DNA of 64,000 bases, taken from a virus. Positions within the stretch are counted from its first letter, which is position 1. Each line of letters begins with the position of its first letter. Positions 1 to 10,400 of this stretch are shown here, piece after piece. Below the pieces are notes generated by a model. The model did no database searches. It was not told where the DNA came from and saw only the letters and a program-made list of their open reading frames with translations. Location of the stretch: IMG/VR virus record IMGVR_UViG_3300020439_001360, positions 4,034 through 68,033 of that record; one strand, given 5' to 3'. The position numbers were made by a program, and so were the translations under genes.

Positions 1-1
1 A

Positions 2-61
2 ACAGATTACTTGGATGATGTAGATGCCCGCTTAAAAATTTTAGAATATTCTGATAAGTAA
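2..61 (+). CDS. 3' end of an upstream hypothetical protein (partial)
   Basis: Open frame TDYLDDVDARLKILEYSDK* whose TAA overlaps the next ATG (TAATG). Confidence 0.55.
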   Translation, partial: TDYLDDVDARLKILEYSDK

Positions 62-930
62 TGGCAATCCTCATACCTAGTGGTCAATCCTTCACCGAGG
101 TTGGTGGTATGTGGAAGATGCTGCCTGCCCCTGGATCCTTTGTGTTACCCGACATGAGGAGAGAGGGGGAGGATATTAATATATACGAGACTGCTGGGGT
201 GGTGAATGTCACTGCTCAAGCGAACTTGGTATGTCCTGGAGGAACACCTGGTCCTTCACAACCTAGTCCCGAGTTAATCACAGGTATCAGTGTCAGTGTC
301 TATCAACCTGGTGTAATAGTCCTGAAAGGAGGAGTATCTACCATTGCAGAGATGAGAGATGGTACTGATGCTGTGAGTATGGGGAGTATCAGTGCAGCAC
401 CTGGGGTCACCACATTAGTGCTGCCGATCCCTATCATTGGCAATTACACAGAGAAGTGGTTATATGATAGCGAGGCAGGTTTCATTGAGAGTTATAAGGG
501 ACTAGAGGTGCCAATTGCACAGGACAATGTGAGAAGCTCATCATTCTTCAGTGGACAGGGTAAGGTGAAACCTATATCGCAAAAAATGAGGACCGAGCCT
601 CTGATAGCACGAAAGATACCTGGAACAGGTGCAAGGAACTTTGCATATCAGAATTCTGTAGGTAGAGAGTTATATGGACCTGTAGGTCATGACCTTGCAC
701 AGCAGAATAGTAACTATATGTGGAGTTATAGACCCTCTCTGATAAAAACTCTGCGTTATCATTATCTAATCACTGTAACGAGCACATGTCCACCATATAC
801 TTGGACTTTCCCTGCATATGTGGATGTGGACAATAATTGGCGTCATCATAAGTCTAGGACGCTACATAGATTGTCTAGACAACGTACTGCGACTACGGGT
901 ATTGTAGGAACAACTGGAGGTAACCCCTAA
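61..930 (+). CDS. Hypothetical protein, baseplate-region gene
   Basis: 289-aa ORF with TAATG coupling at both ends; no family recognised. Confidence 0.7.
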   Translation: MAILIPSGQSFTEVGGMWKMLPAPGSFVLPDMRREGEDINIYETAGVVNVTAQANLVCPGGTPGPSQPSPELITGISVSVYQPGVIVLKGGVSTIAEMRDGTDAVSMGSISAAPGVTTLVLPIPIIGNYTEKWLYDSEAGFIESYKGLEVPIAQDNVRSSSFFSGQGKVKPISQKMRTEPLIARKIPGTGARNFAYQNSVGRELYGPVGHDLAQQNSNYMWSYRPSLIKTLRYHYLITVTSTCPPYTWTFPAYVDVDNNWRHHKSRTLHRLSRQRTATTGIVGTTGGNP

Positions 931-1229
931 TGGCAGCAGGATCGGGTATAAGCAGAATTAAAGACCTAGAGAGTGGTCACCAGTGTTGGCCACCTGTACC
1001 TGTCGTTACAGGGTCTACAAACGTATTTGTAAACAAGAAAGCAGTAATAAAGGTTGGTGATGTAACATCAGTCCATGTATGTGGTAAGAACCCACCTCAT
1101 AGTGATACGTGTGTGAAGGGATCGACGAAGGTGTTCTGTAATAAGAAGGCAATCATGCGTATTGGTGATGTATTGTCATTTGGAGCAGTAATGACACAAG
1201 GATCGCATACAGTGTTGGCAGGTGGATGA
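930..1229 (+). CDS. PAAR-domain spike-tip protein (gp5.4-like)
   Basis: GH.C.PP, GS.NVFVN.K...VGD, H.CG...PH, GS.KVF.N.K...RIGD and GS.TVLAG repeats typical of PAAR proteins. Confidence 0.9.
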   Translation: MAAGSGISRIKDLESGHQCWPPVPVVTGSTNVFVNKKAVIKVGDVTSVHVCGKNPPHSDTCVKGSTKVFCNKKAIMRIGDVLSFGAVMTQGSHTVLAGG

Positions 1230-1243
1230 ATTTGTGGTATAAT
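1215..1243 (+). promoter_or_regulatory. sigma70-like (early-type) promoter
   Basis: TTGGCA-N17-TATAAT with extended -10 (TG.TATAAT), 22 nt upstream of the ATG at 1266. Confidence 0.6.
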
Positions 1244-1265
1244 ATTATCAGTTCATTATTGATCA

Positions 1266-1412
1266 ATGGCAAAGGTTAAAAAGTCTCTACTTGGACAACA
1301 GTTTATTGAGTCCCAACCGAAGAATACTCGTCAGGGTAACGGAAGGAACACCAAGTATGCAGCAACATCCCGTAACAAAGCAAAGAAGCGTTATCGGGGT
1401 CAAGGTAAGTGA
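1266..1412 (+). CDS. Small basic protein, 48 aa (not in ORF track)
   Basis: MAKVKKSLLGQQFIESQPKNTRQGNGRNTKYAATSRNKAKKRYRGQGK*; follows the promoter; stop overlaps the next start (GTGA). Confidence 0.75.
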   Translation: MAKVKKSLLGQQFIESQPKNTRQGNGRNTKYAATSRNKAKKRYRGQGK

Positions 1413-2062
1413 ATCTAATTTGCAATCTTCCTGCTAAAAAAGTATGGGTTCGTAAAGAATACTTACGAGACCATCAAGATGGACATGGGGAGTTTGTAGA
1501 GGGCGTCTGGGTATGTGCTAAAAGCATACCTGGGCGTGCTTTTTACTTTGAGACATATTTGCCTACCTATGGTGCGATGTATGATAAACTCCCCATCAGT
1601 GCCTTTGTAAGATCACCCAAAACTCCAGACGTAGACATGAGTTTGGAGAATTTGCAGTTCTGGAATTGCATGGACTATGGTGTTATGGCAATCAACAAAG
1701 GATTCATCGCACAGATGGAAGTAGAGATCTTTACTCGTGATCATGGGTTACAGAAAGGTAAATACTTGTTTACATTAGACAACTATCATGCAAATCCTGA
1801 TGTGATAGATAATAATGTAAGTGAGACTCCACAGGAGCACAAATCACATAATTGCATTGCATTGAACAATGGTCAATATGCATTGTATCCTAATAATAGG
1901 ATGCGTCTGTATGACCTCTCCTTGACCCCAGAACAACCCACATTCCCTGATTTCAAAGTATCTACCATAGAGTATGAAGTTGAGGGTGAAACGGACTGGG
2001 GACGCCTTGGAGACACTGACGATTATTTCTGGCAAACACTAAAGGAGAAACAAAATGGGTAA
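1409..2062 (+). CDS. Hypothetical protein, 217 aa
   Basis: GTG start coupled to the upstream stop; protein-like composition. Confidence 0.8.
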   Translation: MNLICNLPAKKVWVRKEYLRDHQDGHGEFVEGVWVCAKSIPGRAFYFETYLPTYGAMYDKLPISAFVRSPKTPDVDMSLENLQFWNCMDYGVMAINKGFIAQMEVEIFTRDHGLQKGKYLFTLDNYHANPDVIDNNVSETPQEHKSHNCIALNNGQYALYPNNRMRLYDLSLTPEQPTFPDFKVSTIEYEVEGETDWGRLGDTDDYFWQTLKEKQNG

Positions 2063-2183
2063 TTCACCTACCGACAAAAGTAAAGATTTTATCAAGTCTG
2101 GAATGACCCTGATCACACAGGTTGACTCCGACAAGTATCTGAAGAAACTGAAGAAGGAAGATCAGAAAAAGGACCATAAATAA
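2055..2183 (+). CDS. Small hypothetical protein, 42 aa (not in ORF track)
   Basis: AAGGAG Shine-Dalgarno, then MGNSPTDKSKDFIKSGMTLITQVDSDKYLKKLKKEDQKKDHK*; fills the gap before gp25. Confidence 0.65.
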   Translation: MGNSPTDKSKDFIKSGMTLITQVDSDKYLKKLKKEDQKKDHK

Positions 2184-2201
2184 ACAATAAATCGTCTTAT
2201 T

Positions 2202-2597
2202 GTGCCTAGTCAACAGTCTTTTAAAGATTTAAAGGTATCCTTCAAACCACATCCTGTAACAGGAGATTTGATGGTTGCTAAAGACGACGCTGCTATTAAG
2301 CAGGCAGTTGTCAATCTTATCATGACTATACCTGGGGAAAGACCATTCAATAACAAGTTGGGTTCTAGTCTGAACGCTCTATTATTTGAACCACTCGATT
2401 TTGCAGTGGCATCTCAAATTGAGAGTGAAATTAGATTAGTTCTACGACAGTTTGAACCAAGAATCAACGTTACTGATTTGCAGGTAGAACCCAACTTTCT
2501 TGATAATGCTTTTGATGTCCATCTAGAGTTTAGAATTCGTGGTCGTCAGGATGATCCTACATTTGATCTCAACTTCCTCCTTCAGAGAACACAATGA
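2202..2597 (+). CDS. gp25: Baseplate wedge subunit gp25
   Basis: FKDL...F.PHPVTGDL, AIKQAV.NL..T.PGERPF, FEPRI motifs; directly upstream of gp6. Confidence 0.93.
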   Translation: MPSQQSFKDLKVSFKPHPVTGDLMVAKDDAAIKQAVVNLIMTIPGERPFNNKLGSSLNALLFEPLDFAVASQIESEIRLVLRQFEPRINVTDLQVEPNFLDNAFDVHLEFRIRGRQDDPTFDLNFLLQRTQ

Positions 2598-4396
2598 AGT
2601 ATATTCAAGTCAATAATTTAGACTTTGCAAACATCAAGTCTGCTCTCAAAGATTATCTGCGAGCGCAGACTGATTTTACTGACTATGACTTCGAGGGTTC
2701 TGTATGGAGCAACGTCCTAGACGTTCTGGCATATAACACTTACTACACCGCGTTCAATACGAACATGGTGGTAAACGAGATGTTTTTGGAGTCTGCCACA
2801 CTCCGTGACAACGTAGTCACTATCGCAAAGCAACTTGGATATAAACCAAAGTCCGTGGTTGCACCTAAAGCAACCGTAAGTTTTCAAGTAAATTTTCCAC
2901 AGACATATCCTGCTACGATTGAACTGAAGAAAGGTACGGGATTTGTCACATCTTTTGATGATAAGATCTATAAGTTTGTAACCATTGAGGATTACAAAGC
3001 GGGAGTCATCAATGGACAAGCATTTTTCAACAATGTAGAGGTGTACGAGGGTTCACTAGTTACCGACACTTTTACTGTAGATACGACAAGAGCGGGACAG
3101 CAATTCCTACTTTCTAACGGTTCTGCGGATACTAGCACTATTCGTACCAAGGTTTACCCTATTGAGACAGCAACCGAGTTTGCTTACTACAATCAGATTA
3201 ACAATATTATTGACATTGGAGCATCTGACGGTATTTTCTACGTAGACGAGAATCTAGACGAGCAATACGAACTCTTCTTCGGTGACGGTGTTATCGGAAA
3301 GGCGCTAGAGAATAACAACTTCATTGAAGTATCCTACCTAGTATCATCGGGTAGCGCAGCGAACAATGCTTCTGTATTCACATTTTCTGGTGTTCTGACA
3401 GATAAGAACGGAATTGCGTTCCCTAATAACGTAACCAACATCACTACAGTGTTCCCTGCACAGGGTGGTGCGGATATTGAGAACATTGACAGCATTAAGA
3501 ATAATGCTCCTAAACTGTATGCAACACAGAATAGAGCAGTCACATCAAATGACTATGCTGCTATCGTAAGAAAAATCTACCCAGCGATCTCTGATATCAT
3601 CACATACGGCGGTGAAGAGGAGAGATACCCTGAATTTGGTAAAGTCAAGATTGTAATCAAACCAAACAGCGGATCTACTCTATCAACAAGAACCAAGCAA
3701 GAAATCATTGCTGGATTAAAGGATTATGCTGTTGCTTCTGTAACTCCAGAGATCAAGGACCCATCTATCCTGTATCTAGAGTTAGACAGCAGAATTAACT
3801 ATAACACTAGAATTACTAACCAGTTCCCTGAAGATATTAAGATCAAGGTTAGTAATGGAGTAGAAGATTACACTAAACTATCTGGTACAGAGAAATTCAA
3901 CGGAAAGTTTAGATACAGTAAGTACATCGGTATTATTGATGGTGCTGACAGATCGATCACATCTAATACCACAACAGTGACGATGAGGAAAGACTTCTAT
4001 CCTCTCATCAACGCTACTTCATACTACGAACTCTGCTTCCAGAACCCATTCAAGAACACTTGTCCTGAAGACGGTCCTGTGATTGAGAGCACTGGATTTA
4101 AGGTTCAAGAATACCCCACATATGTGGTCTATATGGAAGATCGCTTGGGTAAAATGATCCTATATAGACTAGATCCTGGAACTGGTGAAAAGATAGTATT
4201 GAAGGACTATATTGGCGATGTTGATTACGACGAAGGCGAAATCAAACTCTATGATGTAACCATTATTCAAGGCACTTTCTTTGACAATCGAATTTCGGTT
4301 CGTGTTGTTCCTCGTAATAATGATATCGATGCGTCTAGACACATGTATCTAGATTTAGATGTTGCTAATAGTAAGTTCGCGGTATACCCAGAGTAA
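2594..4396 (+). CDS. gp6: Baseplate wedge subunit gp6
   Basis: LDF..IK..LK.YL, DYDFEGS, LAYNTYY, FL.SA.LR, LGY.P.S, FGDG..G, QNRAVT..DY. Confidence 0.95.
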   Translation: MKYIQVNNLDFANIKSALKDYLRAQTDFTDYDFEGSVWSNVLDVLAYNTYYTAFNTNMVVNEMFLESATLRDNVVTIAKQLGYKPKSVVAPKATVSFQVNFPQTYPATIELKKGTGFVTSFDDKIYKFVTIEDYKAGVINGQAFFNNVEVYEGSLVTDTFTVDTTRAGQQFLLSNGSADTSTIRTKVYPIETATEFAYYNQINNIIDIGASDGIFYVDENLDEQYELFFGDGVIGKALENNNFIEVSYLVSSGSAANNASVFTFSGVLTDKNGIAFPNNVTNITTVFPAQGGADIENIDSIKNNAPKLYATQNRAVTSNDYAAIVRKIYPAISDIITYGGEEERYPEFGKVKIVIKPNSGSTLSTRTKQEIIAGLKDYAVASVTPEIKDPSILYLELDSRINYNTRITNQFPEDIKIKVSNGVEDYTKLSGTEKFNGKFRYSKYIGIIDGADRSITSNTTTVTMRKDFYPLINATSYYELCFQNPFKNTCPEDGPVIESTGFKVQEYPTYVVYMEDRLGKMILYRLDPGTGEKIVLKDYIGDVDYDEGEIKLYDVTIIQGTFFDNRISVRVVPRNNDIDASRHMYLDLDVANSKFAVYPE

Positions 4397-4400
4397 GTAG

Positions 4401-7400
4401 ATGAGTAATCAAATTTCATCGCTAATTGAAAATCAGCTTCCTGCGTTTATCGTTACAGATTATGGCGAACTCGCAGCAGTATTAGAGTCATACTACAAGC
4501 AGTTAGAGGCAACTGGTCAACCCCTTGATATTATTGCTAATATCGCAAAGTATCGCGATATTGACTTTTATGAGAAGAATCTTTTAAAAGAGAGCACCAC
4601 ACTCACTAGTAATGTTAGTGCTGCTGCTACCACTATTACTGTTGCTGATGCCAGTTCTTTCCCCAAGAAGGACGGTTACATCAAAATTGGTGATGAGATA
4701 TGCTTTTATGCAGAAAGAACCGACACAGAGTTCCTAGGTGTTGCTAGAGGTGTTCATGGAACCACTCAACTAGGAGATTTGCACGAGACTTCTGTATTTG
4801 AGTCTTCTAACGCAAGTTCTCATTTTACAAACGCCACTGTATATAATTTAAGTCATCTCTTCTTGTATGCATTTGTAAAAGCATTCGAGAGAGAATATCT
4901 AGTAGACGTTCCAGAAGTATATCTCAAAGGAGATATTGATAAGCGTCAGTTAATCAAAAATATTTCAGACTTCTATAAAGTCAAGGGAACTGATAAGTCA
5001 ATCAGATTTATTTTCAACTCTATTGTATCAAAGAGTGCTGATGATGTCCCTACAACTTACTATCCTAAAGATTTTACTGTAAAAGTATCCGAATCTAACT
5101 GGGATTCTGCATTTGCGTTACAAGTCATTGTTTTGTCTGGCAATCCAGACTGGTTGATTGGTGAGAGTATTATTCAGCAAGCAGATAAGAATTCTCCCGA
5201 TTCTAGTTATGCATCTGTAGGTGTTGAGAATGTGGTCGGCATTGGTAAGGTTGGCAATTATGGTTTGTACAATCTGTTAATCAACCCATCTACAGTAAAT
5301 GGCGATTTTGAAATCCCCCAAAAGACAGTCCTGGACAGGGATCTCACGCCTACTCAAGGTGCTGGAGATACAATCACTGTAGACTCTACTTTGGGTTGGA
5401 CAGCACAGACTGGATACCTACAAATTAACAATGAGATCATTAGATTTGAAGGAAAAGGTGCTAGACAGTTTATTATTAGAGAAAGAGGCAATATCACTAG
5501 AACACACAGTGTTGGTGACCTAGTAGTAAACTATTCTAATGTCACAGCATCTACTGCTGATGGTAATGTCAAGTTACTTGTCTACGGAACTCTAACAAAC
5601 CTCAATGTTGAGAACGCACAACCATATTCTCAAGTAGGTGATAAGATTCAAGTCTCTAAACCAGGATTTGAAACCAAGAATCCCGTTATTTACGACCAAA
5701 GTGCAAATGGTGTTCGTTGGAAGGTAAACACTTCTGGGTTAACTCCATCAGTTCCATTCAATCCTGGTGTCGGTCAAGGACTGCAGAAATTCCTTGCTGA
5801 TGTCAGTGCGGTGTACGAAGACAGTCAGTATTACTACTTTGCTACGTCTTCATATCCATCTACCCCTATTCTGACAAGTCAGGATCAACCAGTGCCTATG
5901 GTTGACCCCCAGTTGCTCAAACTCATTCCAAAAGAGACTAGTACAACTCCCGAAGTATACAAAACCCCAACGAGAGATGTAGGTATCTTTGTTGATGGTT
6001 CTATTGCTTTCAGTTTCAGGAGCGAGAACAATATTGCATATGGAGACATTCAGACCTACACACTCACCAAACGTGGTTCTGGATACACCAAACCTCCTTA
6101 TGTTCTAGTAAACGGTGATTCGTCGATTGCTCTGTCTTCTTTGGCGGGTGATACTGTTAATGCAATCACAACTATTAAAAACCAAAATTATACAGCAGAT
6201 CCTTTAATTGAGATTACTGCTGGCAGAAATGGTAAAGCAGAAGCAGTTATTACATCTGGAGAAATTACTAGCATCAGAATTATTGATGCTGGTGAATATT
6301 ATTCTGCACCACCTCTTGTCGTTATTAGTGACCTAGCAGGTAAAGGTAGGTTTGCTGAATATCGCGCAAAGACAAATACGTTAGGAAAAATCACAGAGTT
6401 TGAGAAAATCTCTGGTGGTAAGTTTTATACCCAAGAAAATGTAAGGGTTGAGTTAGTCTCTGAAGGTCAAAACAACCCTGCATCTGCGACTGCTAGAATC
6501 TACCGTTGGGTCCGAAATAGATTCTTTGAAAATGAGCTTATTTTAGATGATAACAACGGACTAGCAGTAAAGGATGCAATTGAAAATGAATATTATTATG
6601 GTGTTGCTGCGAACCCAAAAAGACTGCGTTTGAGACTGCAGGACAATATCCAAAATATCACATTCCAAGAAACAGCAACTCTCAATCACTCCCCGATTCT
6701 TGGATATGCATATGATGGAAATCCAATTTATGGTCCATATGGATTCTCTGATCCCCTAGACAGTTCATCTTCTGTTGCGAGAATGAACAGTGGATATCAA
6801 CTTAAGAGTTCTAGAACCGATGGTCCTGTTGATGCTCCATATGACATGGGCACATTTGTTGATGACTATGAGTGGGTTGCTACAGTTGATACTGGTAAGA
6901 CTCGTCTTGATATCAATAATGGTAGATTCTGTGTAACACCAGAATTCCCACGGGGAACGTATGCATACTTTATTACTATTGATGCTACAAATAAACCTGT
7001 ATATCCATATATTCTCGGTGAGAACTTCTATTCTCTCCCAGTTAGATCAAACTACGAAAGCAAGATTACTCAAAAGTCTATTCCTTCTGATTCGAGAAGA
7101 CTGTTTATTCCTGGCACACTGAAGAATGGTTCTGGAGAACTAGCGTTTGTAGATTCTGTTACTACTGGTTTTGTCTCTTCTGTGAAAATTGAAGATTCGC
7201 AACCTAACTTCCAGGTTGGTTCTAGAATCTATGTTGATGATGCAGGAACTGGTGGTAGTGGTGCATCTGGTATTGTATCTTCTACTTTCGGCAAACCTGT
7301 TATTGGTATTGAATCAAAAGAACTCAAAGCAGTTCAATTAACAACTCTAACTTCATTCTTTGGTTTTCTTGGTGATACAATCACTCAAGAGGGAACAGGT

Positions 7401-10400
7401 GCTGTCGGTGAGTTGATTAGAGATGTCAGTGAAGAGAACACTATTGTTTTAAGAGCTGTTAGTGGTACATTTGAAGTAGGAAATGAAATTAACTCTTCTA
7501 CTAGAGTAATTAATCTTTTACTCTCACAGAACAGCACATACACTCAAGGCGAGACTCTTGCTCTTGTATTGTTTGACGATCCCACCACAGAGATTGCTAC
7601 TGGTGAGATTTTGGCAGGAACTGTTGAGCAGAACGCCGTCAGATTAAAAGTATTGTCTGGTAACTTTGACGATTATCTAAATTATGCAGAAGGCGAAGTT
7701 ATTCTGAAGAGTAGTGATCTAGGCAATACTGCAGGAACTGAAATTGTAATTATCAAAGAGTTGAGTAAAAACGTCGGTGTCACTGGTGTTGATGAATCTA
7801 TTGCTATCCTAGAGACAACTGAAGCACATGACTTTGGTAGTGGTGATATTATTGATATTATTGTAGATCCCGATGAAGCAACTACCGAGACTACTTATTA
7901 TGTCACCAAAAAGAAATTCCAAGAAGTTTCTCTATTAGATCTACAATACAGTGCCAAAGTAAACGACAGTGGTATTGGAGCATCTACTGTCATTGGTCTC
8001 GGTAAAGACTACTATACAGACACATATAATGATGTGCCTCTAGTATTTGCAAATGCTGCGAAGAACAGAGATGACGTTGTTCAGGCAAAAGCAACCGTAG
8101 TTGTTGCTGGAGATAACTTTGATGGTAGTGGTAATATTGCGAGTATCACTATCACTGATCCAGGTTCTAACTATCGTAGAGATGATATCCTAACTTTAGC
8201 ACCAAATGCTGTTCCTAGGGTAGATCCTGCCGATCTGGATCAAAGTCCTAATCTTGGTATGGAGTATACCAACCAAGAGCAAGTAGAAGCAAATTTAGCG
8301 AAGAGATTCTTTGTTGCCGAAGCTGACTACGACGACTTCATTGCCAACGAATACACAGCAGCTGCTTTTGGGGTGAATGATGCTGGTAACGTAAACTTCA
8401 TTTATCAGAACACAGATCCAAATAATTTTAGTATCCAATATTTTATCGTTGATGAAGAGGGAGATGAACTCACCACTTCCGATACAATTGGTGGATATGC
8501 AATTACTGCCACAGATACTTTCTATCCTCAAGGTTCTTTGTTGCCACAGTACGTATTCAAAGATCTGGATACCAACGAAGAAAACCCTGATTATAGTCTT
8601 CGTGTCGGCAGCACACTTACTATTCCTAATATGGCGGGGCACACCATTTATGTGGTGTCCAATTACAGCACATCTACAGCGTCTGACGGATATGCATTGA
8701 AAGTAGATGACTATGACATCGCTACTGGATCTTCTACTGATCAATCCGTTCCAATTACATTCACACCACAATTTGCTGGCACATACTACTATATCTGTAT
8801 TGCCCACCCAGAGATGGTTGGAACAATTACTGTATATGCTGCTCCAGGATCATCTACGCCTCTAATCAATGTAGATTCTGCTGGATTCGGTGTTGATAGA
8901 ACTGATCTCAATGTAACCAACACTTTTGGTATTGCAGCGAATGATCTACTGTCTATTGGATCTGAAGTTATCAAGGTTGTTACAGTTGACAACACCAATA
9001 AAAAGATGACTGTATTGAGAGCACAGGAAGGCACCAGTAAGTCAGATCATGGCGATGGTAAAGATATAACATCTTTCAACCCAACATACAATTTTACTCC
9101 TGGATCTAAACTTGGTGGCAATACCGCCAATGATCCTGTTGTTGTGTCTTATGATAAGACTTCCAAGACTTTAGTCGTCAACTGGGATTACGACGCAACA
9201 TCCACAGTTCCATTGACAACTGTATCTTCCATTCAGGATCAAAGTACGCCACCTAAAGTGGTGTCTATTTCTAGTACAGAACCCATCAGAGAGAAACTTC
9301 TATTCTCTCTAGACAACACCAATTTTGACACTAACCCTGTTGTTGATATTCAGAAGTATTACTTCTACAAGTTTGATGTCAGTCACCCTTCGATGCTGAA
9401 TTCTTACTTGGATATTTCTACAAGTCCAAACTTTAATGTCTTTACAGAAGAAAAGGAAGTTGGTCTGACTGAACCAGGAAATCCTGGTGCGTATGTAAGA
9501 ATTAGACTTGGTTATGGTGCAAACATTGGTGAGAAGACACGTAAGGATGTAAACTTCACTAGTTACTACTATTTCCTCACCAATTCTTCTACAGACACTG
9601 AAGGATCTTTCTTAAGAGTCATTGACGATCCTCTTTCTGGCAGAAAGTCTGTCACATACACAACTGATACAAAAGTTGTCTATGGTCTAGATGAAGTTCC
9701 TCAATATGACGGTTCTGGAGATATTAATTACACGGGACGTTCTGTTGGTAAAATTTCGTCTATTACATTAGACAATCTAGGTTCTAACTACAAGAAACTA
9801 CCTATCATCAAAGGTGTTGTCCCTGCTGATGGATATAAAGCAGAAGTAACAGCGGTTAGAAATGCCACAACCAATGAGATTGAGGCAATTACCATTTCTG
9901 ATCCAGGACAAGGATATTCTAAACCAGAATTGGTAGTTGCTAGTGGAGAAGGCACTGGTCTTCGCACCGTAGTTGATACCGAAAATGGTAAGGTTACTCA
10001 AGTAAGAATTCTCAATGGAGGAACATTTACAGAGACACCATTGGTTGATATTATCGAAACTGACAACAAGTTATTCTTTGAGTCGGAAAACATTGGCGTA
10101 CCACAAAATGTCAATTTCGTCAAGTATGGATCTGGATTCCATACTGATGATACCATCATCTCTGAATACCTCACACCTTCTGTATTTGTCTTAAGATCAT
10201 TTGATCTAGATGCATTCAAACCTGGCGAACTCATTGAACAGCGTTCTGGTCAACTTGTTACTGCTCAAGGTAGAGTTGCACCTAATGGATGGACAAAGGG
10301 TTCTAATATCCTGCGTCTTGAAAAAATTACTGGTGTATTCAAAGAGAATGAGCAGATTATTGGAAAGAGTGGAAAAAATACTGCTGTCATTGACAGTATC

